Source of the DNA: Phallusia mammillata
Lineage: Eukaryota
DNA length: 64,000 bases
Reading direction: 5' to 3'
Assembly (NCBI GenBank): GCA_965637545.1
Contig: OZ281498.1
Span: forward strand, 6,944,001 to 7,008,000
Every line of letters begins with the position of its first letter. The stretch's first letter is position 1. The notes beneath the pieces are model-generated. The model had not been told where the DNA came from. It saw only the letters and a list, made by a program, of their open reading frames with translations, and searched no databases. Shown in pieces: positions 23,287-35,800 of this stretch. Position numbers and translations under genes: made by a program.

Positions 23287-24946
23287 GTAAGTAGATCTAA
23301 AGCTTTGGTATATGTGCTTAACTATTGGCACAAAAGATGTTCAGATATATATAAGTTACAAAAAATTGATTTGTTTAGTATGTAAGTTTTGGCCAGTGCA
23401 ACTTACAGACATGTACAGCTAAAACCTTCACAGCAAAAGATGGTCTGCAGATATCGTTTTTTTTATCTGTTAACATATACTAGATGTGAAGGAAACATAT
23501 TTATTTATTACGAAGCAAACATTGTTGTACCAAATCTGTTTACTGATTTAGCTGTTTGACACAAACTTAAAAGTTAGATGTACAGCAGTTTGAAAAAGTA
23601 CACAAATTTGATTTAACACTTGTGTAAGCTGTAAAGTGAGTGAAAACAGTTTAATTAAACTGTGTACAAAAAGCATCAAAGAAAAAGATCTGTCAGAAAA
23701 ATGAGACAGAAAAGGGCAGAGTTTGTGTCAAAAGAAAATAACACAGAGAGAGATGGAAGGTACGGTACAACAATGTAAGAAGATAGTACAAGTAGGAAGA
23801 AATGAATTGAAGACAGACGAAAATCTTAAATTTAGAGCATTCAAGCTAATACAAGGTATGTGAAAAAATGTTAGTCAGTGTATGGATTGTTGTGAGAATA
23901 TTTTTTCACCATTTCAAGTTTGTTTTTTGCATGCAATATTTGCACTTTGCACACAAAATTATAAATGTTTTGTTGTATTTTTCAAAGCACCCAAATATTA
24001 GCAATAAAACTGAATTTAAGGGTAACTTGCATTCTGTCATGCTGCCAATATTAAACAAATTCTATTTTTTATCAGGATCTTGACTCTTTGTGGAGTTGCA
24101 GCTGTTGTTCAATATTTAAGACATGGAATTTCCTGTTAGACTCAGGTCATAAATTGTTTTTGCAAAGGTGCCTAACTGAGGTTGTCAATTTCATCTGGGT
24201 GATTTCAAAAACTTCACAAAAAGCAGGTTTTGCACTAAACCTCTAAAATGTGTTGGTGTTTGTTTACATTTCCAATTTAAATTGAAAAATCTATTAAAAT
24301 GTTTCAACTTTCAATTGTTTATGAAAGTAAAAATTCTTCAACTGTTATCTGTACAAGTTTGTTTATATGCACTGTTTTTCCTTTTTATCCAAATAATTTT
24401 TTAGCATTTTTTGATATTATTACCCTTAACTGATTTTGTGTTTTTTAATCTTTGTCATGTAAACTAAGGTACATGTTTATCTATTATTGCATTCAATTGC
24501 AACCTGTATCAACAAACTTTGGTTTCTGAAAGAAATGGTAGCTACCATTTTTTATTAACTGCCCCAATGGGATTTGATCCTCCAACTTCAAGATGTAAAA
24601 CGTGTTGCGACCGAGTTCTTCATTGGTGTTTATTTTTTGATGGTGCAAATTCAATCCGTAAGTTCAAAAGGCACATTTTTGTTTGTGATGGTTTTAGTTT
24701 AAACATAAATGTGCCTTATAATGTGTTGTGATTTTATGTCATCAATGGTACCAGCAAATGATAAACATAGTCTTTTGGACAAAGATTTATGTTTTGAGAT
24801 ATCCCTGGTGTCTTACTTTTTATTGCTAAACTTCAATGCTACAATATTAATTCCCCAATGCCCGAATTAGAGTTATAAGTGTGACCAGGCTTTTCCGGTC
24901 AGGTTGGGGTGTATAATCTACTTAAGGCCGATACAGGCCTACTGAG

Positions 24947-25633
24947 TAGGGCTGTTATCAAATAAAGGTTTTTAATTTTTCAAATAATCAAATATTTTTT
25001 TCCTTTCAAATCAAATAATTCAAATAATTTACAATACCGGATATATAAGTCCCAGAGTCATTATTAAATAAGGATAGTTGAAATTACTAAACAAATTTTA
25101 TAAGCTCTTAGTCATTAAATCTAGGCTACATCTTCTTTTCTGTTTAAAATAATAAATTAGTACAGATAGAGACAAGCTTCAATTATTCTCCCTAATTTGG
25201 CAAAACCATATGCACATATTCCGTGTGTATGTTTATGCTATTACAACATCTTTTTCTTGGATACTGGCTGAATTGAATTGTGATCTATACCATTTTAATA
25301 ACTTGCTGGAAAAACTTCAATTATTCCTGGGTGTAACTAGTACCGGAATGAACAAAAAATTATCATGCTTTTTTGGTCCAACATTTTTGGGGTAATGGGT
25401 AATGAACATTAATATAAGGCTGAAAACATATGTTTAAGTGCTTCTGTGTAACCGCAATTTCATAAAAAAGTCCCCAATGTGTTCAAATAAATTGATTTTG
25501 TACATATATCGAGGTGTACTGCATAGGAAAAAAATATTTGATTATTTGAAACGAATACAAAATTATTTGATAAATTTTCAAATAATTAAAAATTTCAAAT
25601 AATCAAACAATTATTTGTTTGATAACAGCCCTA
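24947..25633. mobile_element. hAT (Ac-type, TAGGG ends) MITE
   Basis: Perfect 16-bp TIR tagggctgttatcaaa / tttgataacagcccta. Perfect TSD ctactgag (24939-24946, 25634-25641). Repeated (tc)aaata subterminal motifs. Confidence 0.95.
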
Positions 25634-26654
25634 CTACTGAGGCATTTCTTTAAGGTAAACTAACCGAGCCTAGGTCGTAGGGACTTAGACCTGGTTTTAT
25701 ATTTTGCAAGTCGCGCCTTAGGCTGGTTAACAACTCGACATAACACTACTCGCCTTCTGTTTGATGAACTCGTGATGCACTGTTTTCTAGCGCCACCTTG
25801 TGTAATTTATATTTCGAACTATTTTAGGGCATTGCGAAGCACTTTTCGATGTACGTTTTTTGCAAAGCAAGCAATATATTTTTCGTTTGTTTTTTCTATT
25901 TTCCAAATTTCTTATTTCTTTCTTCATGTGATTTCGAACGCATAACAAAATAAAGTTCTAAATTGTTTTCCAGTTACTGCGTCATTAGCTTACTTACTAA
26001 ACGTTTGGCAGCAGTTTTTAGGCGTATTTTTTCGTTGGTAAATTTATTAACCGTTTATACTGTTATCATCATTTTGTTGGAATCTTGTTTCCCTGGACGA
26101 TGTTTCGAAGCGAAGTTTTACATAGTTCTGCCATTTAAAAATAAATCGATTGGGTAGTCTGCTATCCATTTTACATGAACTCATATAAACTAACTCGAAC
26201 AAGTTCTGCATTTAAATGCCTTGCTTTTGTTATTGTTAAATTAATACAGAGAAGAGCGGTGATAAGTTGATATTTAGCGTTAGACGCAAAAAGTAGCATA
26301 AAATATCATAGCCGAAATATAGCTTAAATCTGAAAAAAATACTTGGTTTAAATCTGTTGCCACCTATGACCTTGCTGATCAAAGAACGGGTAAACTTGCA
26401 ATAATAAAACCCTGATAATGTTTAGTGTTGCTTTTACTGTAGATCAGTAACTTTGTAAGTTCAAAAGGTGTTTTGTTGGGCAGGTACCATAATGTGCTAA
26501 CGGCTGTAAGTTAAATTAAATTCAGTAGTACCTTAATTTTGTGACATGGACTACTACATGATTCTCTGCCCTAAACGCTTAATCCGAGACCAGTCTGTAA
26601 AGCTTTTACGGCTGTGTGTCATTCTATGTCTTCACAAACCTCAAATGCTTCAAA

Positions 26655-26660
26655 TTTATT
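26655..26660 (-). terminator. Candidate polyadenylation signal of CCP gene D
   Basis: AATAAA on the minus strand about 210 nt downstream of the predicted stop at 26868. Confidence 0.4.
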
Positions 26661-26867
26661 GTCTCCAACAATATCTGTACACGTTTTAGGCGAAATATAT
26701 GTTGGTGGTCAGTCAAGATGGATTCGGTGTCATCGTCGCCAATAAAGCAGAGTGGCAACAAGCAGAGAATCCATAAGGTTAGCGACGTTCTTTCCTTGGT
26801 TCATTAGTCAGTGTTAGTGTCAACTCGGAACGAATCTATAGATCATGTTTCCGTAGCTTGATCCAGG

Positions 26868-29800
26868 TTAGTTAATACTTGCTGAAAAAATAGAAACACG
26901 ACACTTCGGTTTTCTGCACTTGATTTTGCAATGTGCCAAATACCGATTCATTGGCGTCGGGTTGATTTTAACCTCTTGCGCTGGTGAGAAAAACATAGCG
27001 ACACTAAATAGTCACCGCGAATCGGTATTTGCTTTCCGCGACTTTGCATGTTACAATTAATGTGGTACAGTTACGATCTTTTTACCTGCTATTAGGTTTA
27101 GAACTTGTTTTTCACAGCGACAGAAGTAGCGAAGTGTGCGTTTTTTCTCGTGAGATTTTTTTGATCAATCTAAAGATGCCTGGGTAATTTTGTTGTACTG
27201 TTTAACACTTACCAACACATAAAGGTATAGGAAGAACCTCATTGCCCGCAGTGGACCGACATGAATTGACGGGGGTTCCAACCAGTATATGACCATCTTC
27301 ACAGGCGTAGGTAAAAGAAGTGCCCACATTGTATTCCGTTTGTGCCCTCGGCTCAATGTATCCATTTACGGGGCTTTGCGGGGTACATGTGCTATCTGCC
27401 GCAACCGGTGCCACAGTCGCTGCTGAATAAGAATGTTTAGTTTCTAAACGGTTTCAAGCCAAACCTAAAAATTGCAGGTCTGTTTTGAGACTTCTTTCAT
27501 AGTATTTAAGCGTATTTTTGTCTATCCAATTGCAAAATAATTTATCAATCTTTGAAGGATCTGTTTTAGATATGATAAATATGACTTAACTTATTTCTTA
27601 ATTTTATTATTTTCTTTTGGTTGGTTGTGGCGCTTCTTAGAAAAATCCCAAATAGTTGTAGTTCGCTAATGTTTATTGCATACTTCAAAGTATTTCTTAC
27701 CAATGACGCCCTCTTTTGCCATTACGGATACAGTCTTACTTACCCTCGCACGTTGCGACTTCAACAGCCACTGTGCCATCCAATAAGCACACATTAAGGC
27801 CCAATCCTTTACGCACATAACCTTCGTCGCAGGCCACGCTGAACGGAACACCGACTTCAAATTGTGTTACATCTTTTGGCACAAAATGACCGTTTATGGG
27901 TGGAGTCGGTGTGCATGTGGGCAAAGGTGGTTCTGTGGGCTCTTCAGCTGCTGAGAAAATAGCTGAATACTTTAGCGATACAGTTATTGTTATGTTATTT
28001 AGAAAGCGATCTTAGATTATTCGGATCCTGAAACATACAAATCCAAAACAGAATTTTCGAATTCACTTTAACTCTTTCACATGTTCTTGTTGTCGATCAA
28101 ACACAACGATTGTGCGATAAGAACAGACGCGCAGACATACTTTGTATTTATTTGTGATGAGAAGCAGTCACATTAACTTAGAAAAAAAAAACGAAAAGAA
28201 AACTTGTGCAAAAACAGAACTGGATTCGGTGTTTCGGATTCAAAGCAAGTAAACTAGAACAATTCTAGAAAAGCAAATTGTTCTACATTGCCCATCATTA
28301 TAGGTGCAGTAAATTAGTGTTTGCAAATTAGACCCTGAAGCGTTTTACATGCTGTTCCCTTCTTGATAGCTCATTTCTTTAAGGGTACAAACAATACCCA
28401 TTCTTCAATATATCAAATCATAAGGTGCACATTGAAGCGATTATGGACTTGCCTTACCCAAATAATTTCTTGGTTATGCGAGTTGGCAAGACGTCCCTTT
28501 CATGCGTAAATTTGTATATAAACAAAAATTCTGACCACCTACGTTCACATTGTGGTGTTTCACCAAAAATGACACCTCCGCTTTGACACAGCCTCGTTCC
28601 TGCGTTGGCCAACGAGAAATTTTCGAAACACACGACAACGATCAGTTCGCCTTCTTGCCACTCTGTTTTGTCGACGGGTTCGATTCTTCCATTTGCAGGC
28701 ACCGTAGGGTTAGTGCACGTGTTCGGGTTTGGAGGTGGAAGAAGCTCTGCGAAGTATAAACGTTTGTTTGCAAAAATAATTGATACAGAAAAAATGACTG
28801 CATTTATCAGCACAAAAGCGCGTAGCAAATTTCCTGAAGCAATATGCCATTTGTACTGAGAATTCCTGACCTATGTTTTCTTATCAGCTGAAATCTTTGA
28901 TGCGTTTGCGACTAGTCATCATGGAAAGGTTACGTAAGACAAAGTTCGTTTTGATGTTCGTTAAAAAAACGCGTATCCACTAAATTTATTTTACTGTTTT
29001 TAAAAACTTTTTTTTTCGGTCCTCTGTACACAAATAAAAGACAGTAAAGACAAAAGAAAATTAGACTTACGGCAGGACTGTGTGCCCGTACTGAAAAAGC
29101 CGCTGGATTGACAAACAGGAGGTGTAGGACCTACAAGCTGATATCCTGTCACACAGCCCAACTGTACTGCCTCTCCAACTGTATACGAGCTTTGAAGATT
29201 TACTACAAAACCGTTTGCGGGCGCCGCTGGGTTAGAGCAGGTCACCGATATAATTGGCGGATTTGTAACAATTTCTGCGGAAATATAATTGATTTTAGTT
29301 ATCAGTCATCAGTATTAACAACACATGGTATGAAGCAATAAAGTGTTTTAAGGCAGTTCAATTTGGCTTACTTAAAGTGACACAGTGAGTCGTTTATTGC
29401 GGTTTTTGTAACTTGTAATATAAATGATAATCAAAGTATTCGTACACTTGCATGACACCAGATCATTATTTTGCCCAAAGCAAGGTTTTTATTTGTGGAA
29501 TGAAACAGAAATTGTGTTTTAAAATTCAGGTTGTCGGTAACACATTCACGTTCTGGTACATTCCACAACTGACAGTGCTTTGCAGCATTGTTCCAAGGGG
29601 CGTCATCGTCCAGCAACTTGGTTTCAAAGTGTGTGTTTTTTAAGTAGTGTATAAAACAGCGGGTTTAAATGTGCCATGCATGTTAGATTGCTTTTTGGCG
29701 TCTGAACCTATTTAAAACTAAATACATACGAGCGCATTGCACATTTCCTGAGCTAAAAATCCCATTATTCTGACAGACTGAAGGCAATTGACCAACAAGC

Positions 29801-32800
29801 TGGTATCCGCTGGCACAGCCAATTTGAACAGCCTCACCAACAACGTACCCCCCTCGGTTATTTGTGACAAAACCGTTTGCTGGTGCTGTTGGGTTTGAGC
29901 ATGTAACTGCTACATTACGATTTGTTGCGGTTGCTGTAACAAAATGTTGTGTCATATTCTTTTATGATCGTGTGACAACTGAAATTTTAGAGTAGTCGGT
30001 TGAACATTTAATAATTTCGGCTGGTAAAGATTTTTACTTGTGCAATCACAAAGTGAGCAGCAAGTTAAATCTGGTTGTATTTTTATTTCAGAACTTTGAG
30101 TTGTTGTTTACATTAAAGTTTATTTCAAGGAGTGTTAAAGGCGATGGTGTTTTGAACATACGACTTATACTTCACCAAATATTGTTCTCTCAGAGATTTG
30201 ACTACAGACTAGCTAAAAATTAGCTTTATCTTGGTTTGTGTGCAACCAACTAAACATAGGTTTGTAAGCATGTAATGCTTACTGGTGTGGTCACAATACG
30301 TATGTGTTATTTTCTTGCTGGAAAGGTTGAAAAATGTGTATGGTTTGACGTTTATGATGGGGTATAAACATTGTTGGTTTACTCTTAAGTACTCATGACT
30401 CTGCAGATAAAAATGCAGAACTGATTTTTCCATTTTTATTTCACTTTAAAATTAATGGGTTGTGTTTGACATAAAAATGTTTGATCTTTGTGTGATATTT
30501 GGAATTTGCACAAGCATTATTTTTAAGTTGTCGTGGTAATCAACTCTTGTGAAACCAAAATTAACACTTAATGCAATTGCAGGAAAAAATCTTGACTATT
30601 GTTAAAGCAAAATCTTCAGGACCAGAAAAAAACTTGAAAAATAAGGAACTTGACCTACTGCTGTACATATTACGTCCGTTAAAAGTACCTTGTATCAGTG
30701 CGTTTTGGTTATTTATTATCGTCTAACAACTTGATTTCAAAGTTTATGGTTTCTTTCTAGGCAGACTAATGTATAAAGCTGCTCGTTTAAATGTGTCATA
30801 TACATAGTATATCGAACTGTTTTCGTTTCGGTAACTGAAGCAAAATTTAAAAAAACAAATACGTACGAGCGCATTGCACGTTTCCGGAGCTAAAAAGCCC
30901 ATTATTCTGACAGACTACAGGAACTTGACCAACCAGCTGGTATCCACTGTTACATGATACTTGAACAGCCTCACCAACAACGTACGTCCCTCTGTTGTTT
31001 GTAACGACACCGTTTGCTGGTGTTGTTGGGTTTGAGCAGGACACTGCTACTGGTGGTGGTTGCGTTGTTAATACTGCGAAAAAAGCTTGCCTTAAGGTTT
31101 TCACTATTACAGGAATGCGTGTAAAGACGAGTTCAATACAAATGTGTGCAGAGAAAAATGCATTGCGCAAACTTGTAATTGACATTTTATATGAGACATT
31201 GCAATGAACATGATTACTGTTTGCCTTTATGTGGTTTAATCTGAAGTGGTTTGTGGAGATTTGTGAAAATTTTGTGGCTGTTCAAATTAGGTAGGCTACT
31301 TGTTGCGTTACATACGCTGAGTAATCCAAATACAGGACCTTAAAATATGCTTACTATGAATACTTACAAACACATTGAACATTTCCTGCGCTAAAAAATC
31401 CATTATTCTGACAGACTGCAGGAACTTGACCAACCAGCTGGTATCCACTGTTACATGATACTTGAACATCCTCACCAACAACGTACGATCCTCTGTTGTT
31501 TGTAACAAAACCATTTTGTGGCGAAGTCGGGTTTGAGCAAGTTACTCCAACTGGTGGTTGTGTTGCTGCGAAAATACATCGGTTTAGGTCTTAACCTAAT
31601 TTATCTGATTCGGTGCATCACTATTTTGTATGTTTCACTATATTTTGCATGTCAGCAGACTACGCCAAAACTCGCGGATCAGGGCGAATGCTTCGTTCAA
31701 TGGTTAGAGAAGTTTAATCAATACATAGGAACAAAGAACTTTTGATACTCACCAATGCATTGCACATTTCCAGAGCTGAAAGAACCGTCAGCCTGACAGA
31801 CTGGTGGCGTTTGTCCCACAATTTCATATCCACTAACACACACAATCTGCACAGCTTGCCTAACTACGTACGTGCCTTGATTACTTGCGACGAAACCGTT
31901 TGCTGGTGCCCCTGGGTTAGAGCAGGTCGCAGCTACCGGAGATGGTTCGGCGCCTATAACGTACGGAAAGCGAGTTTATAGAGAATACTTGCAAACAGAG
32001 CCTGTTAAACATTATCTAACGAAATAATAAGGCTCCAAATATCATTGTTAAATTTGTCAACATTTTTTCAACGTGTGAATGCTTTATTGTGTAACTTGGC
32101 CTGGCCTTTAACTTGCATCTACAGATTTAATGTTTTCTTCTGTAATCAAGGTTTAGTCTCATAATAGAGTATGTTGTTGGCATGTGTTTCAACGCCTTTG
32201 CCAGCAAAAGGCTTTCACTTGCCGATGCAGTATGGAAATGGATGGTTGTATCTCCCGTTGCTTTGACATCTAAGTTGTGATTCTCCAAATATCCTTAAGC
32301 CAGTGGCGCACGAATATTGGACTGTTTCTCCCGGGTTTAGTTCTCGCATATTGGCGGGAGTCACAGTCCCACCAGCTATAACCATAGTCCCACCAGCTAT
32401 AGCCACTGGTACACTGCACCTCTGTGGAGCTGCAAAGCGGTTACATAACAACGTTAAACTCAAATATTGATGTTTTCATACATGTTCAAAAACGACAAAC
32501 AACATTTTTAGTCGCTTTTCAAATTTGCATTTTAATGTTATTTTTATAGAGCTACAAAAGTAATGGTAAAGCCGCTGCCTTAAACTTAGAGAATCCAAAC
32601 TTCATCCGAAAGTAGTTTGAATACTTTATTCAGATCAAAGCTTAAAATTTTCATTTTGCAGACTGGACTGCAAAAAAACACATACAAATTAATAAAAATG
32701 TAATGTCGCAAATCTGCTAATACTATTAAGCTTTTAAAAATGCTTTTACTTCCGCAAAATGGTGGTGCGTTGCTGTACTCTCCGTTGTTCTGACAAACCG

Positions 32801-35800
32801 CCGAGCTGCTGCCGCTCAATGGAAACCCTGCGTTGCAGCTGTAAGTCACTCGATCTCCTTCTCTCCATACTTGTCTTGCCTCGTTCACTCTTCCATTGAG
32901 TGGGGCAACCGGTGAAGGACAAGTTGCCCTCACGACCACTTGAATTACTTCATAATATAAAATGTTTGGGATTTAATTTGTGAATTAAAAGTCGCGTTAC
33001 TCTCGTTCGACAAACCTATGGCTGCACATAGTGCTGTTGCCAGGCATAATCCACAAACTGTTATTTTGATTAACCGGCAATTATATTTGAAATATCATTG
33101 ATACCTATTTGATCTGTAATGCGTTTGCTAGTGCTGCAAGTATATTAAAACTTTCTTCGTAATTTTATTCATTTTGTTTCGTCCTTTTTTTGAAATCCAC
33201 ACAAAAATATAAGAAGTGAACTCATGGATACCAATGTTTGTAAATTGCGTTTGCATTATTAAAAAAACTAGACTTCTTACATGTGCAGCTTGGGTTGTGT
33301 GCTGTGAATGTTCCGCTAGCAGTGCAGGTGGCTGTGCTACTTCCTGACAATCGGTATCCGTTGTTGCATTGGAAACCAACACTTGCGCCGACATTCCATG
33401 CTGTGGTTCCGACCGGCAGAGATATTCCGTTTGCTGGCGTAAGAGGACCAGTGCATTGGACTGGTGCAATGTTCCCTGTGGATCCAAAAGTAATCGAGAA
33501 AGTGCTTATTTAACTCTAAACACAGCAAGACCACAACACGGAACGTGAAAAAGATTTGGGAGTTGGAATATTCCAAACTGGGGCCATATATAAAGTAATA
33601 TTTACGCTTGTATGATTAAAACAAAATTGAGAGTTTTTCAAATAAAATAAATAACTAATGATAATAATTTATGTACATTAAGTACCTTCACACCATGGCG
33701 TTTTTTGTCAAGATCTCCAAGAAATCCCGTTTTTATTTCGTGCATACACGGTAATTACCACGAATTATAGGGATTGGGAAATGTTACCCTCTGGATTTCC
33801 AGTAAATTGTTAACAATTGTATGAGCCGATTATAATGTTGTTTTGCGGTTTTCTTGAATTTGGTCTAAAAATACTAATTTTCAAACGGCACACTGTTTGA
33901 AAAGTGGCAAAGGAGTTGCATAAGTTGGACTATTTAGTGTGTGTGCGGTGTGACAATCCCTCCAGCTATAGACACTGGTGAACAGCTCCTCTGCGGGGCT
34001 GCAAAACGATTAGAAAAATACACTTCTTCAAAACAACCTTAGACTTGAACATATTGATGTTGTCATACACTTTCAAAAACAACAAACAACATTTTGCGGA
34101 CTCTTTTCATTTTCACTGTTCATTGTCTTTTCGTTCCAGGTAAAACAGTAAGGACTATTCAGTGTGCGTGACAGCGCAAAAAAATTCTAGCTCACATTTG
34201 TTTGATTCATCTTTACTTTGTTGTTTTTATGGTTTCTCAGCAACGGCATGCTGCTGCTTTTGGCTTTTGGCCAGTCTCCGATTTTCACTCACGAATGCCC
34301 CGGGGTTAAACGAAATTTTTTTTTTGGCTGTTTATACAACCCAACATTTTGCTCAGCAATTTGCGTGCTTGAATTTTAAATTCTTTGCGTTGTGCTACTC
34401 GACATTTGTGACAAAAAACAACAACAGAAATTGCTGTTGTTTTCTTAGCAAGGTAAATTTGGTATAATACGCAATTTAATATAGGCATTATAGGTTTTTC
34501 GTTCTTTGATAAGTCTTAATCCCGAGTTTGTACCACCACCAAAACCCTCTATACCAGCGGTTCCCAAACTGGGGTCCGCGGTCCTTTAGGGGTCCGTGAG
34601 GCAATTTTGGTGGGACCGCAAGGCGGGTAAAGTAATTCTATAATCTTATTTAGCGTCAGTTTGTGCCACTGAATGAGTTTAAATCAAGAGAATTGAGAAA
34701 TCGACTGTCTCCATTGCTAAACAATAGCCTTTATTAAATGACAACTATCAAAAATGCAATTGTTCGCGCACAATCGTACTGCTTTTTTTCTTGTCTTTAA
34801 TGTCACAAGCTGTGTTTAGAATTTAGATCATTATTATGCGCAATTTTGCATAACTAGCGAAAATCCTGCAATCAACTTTCGTTTTTCTAAAATACACATT
34901 CCAGCTTATGGACCGCGAGCCCTCGAAATAATGGCAAAGGGACCGTTTTGACAAAATAATGAAAAAGTTTGGGAACCACTGCTCTGTACGCTTTTTTTAC
35001 TGGGATCTTTGATAAATGAAGATTGATATACATCTTTTAAGTTCTTTCAAGTTTGTTTATTTTAATCATTCTATTCAGTAAATGTTTGATGTTTTGAAGT
35101 TTTTTGCTCATCAATGAGGTATAGATCTATGTAATGCCACATTGTTCAAAAAGCTAGAATTCGTTTGTGCTGGCTGCGGGATATTACTCGAATGAATTAG
35201 CTAAAAAAGTAAATATTTATTAATGACTCACGTCGACAAATTGGAATAGCGGTGGAAAATTGTCCATTTGATGCGCATGCTGAAAGACGTTGCCCATCCA
35301 ATGAGTAATCTCCGGGACATCCAAATGCGATGGATTCTCCCACTGCCCAGACCGCTTTGCCAGCAGGCAATGTAACCAGATTGTCTCCAGTTGGTCGCTG
35401 ACAAACAGTGGGTTCCACAGGTACTGATGGTATGAACGTTGGCATGGCTGCAAAAGTGAAATTGGTTTTGAACTGAGCAAAATTTGGAGAGGACTTTTCA
35501 AAAACGTTTTCGGCAGACAACTTTTAAAGATTTCGAGGATGGTTGTAGAAAATGTTCTAAAGAACTTCGAATAAAACGGTTTACTGTGATGAATGTTGAA
35601 TTAACAAATTTTGAACTTTGTAAAATATTTTATTGACTATTTACATAAACCGCCTTCGTTTGGATTTATATATATGAGCCGCCTCCGCTCAAAAACCACT
35701 TATCTTGTGGCGATTAACGATCGATCAGAGTTGTCGGCCTCGTCAGGGTTACACAAATGTTTAGAAGCAAAAGTTCGTACAGAATTGTTTTTTTTTATAC

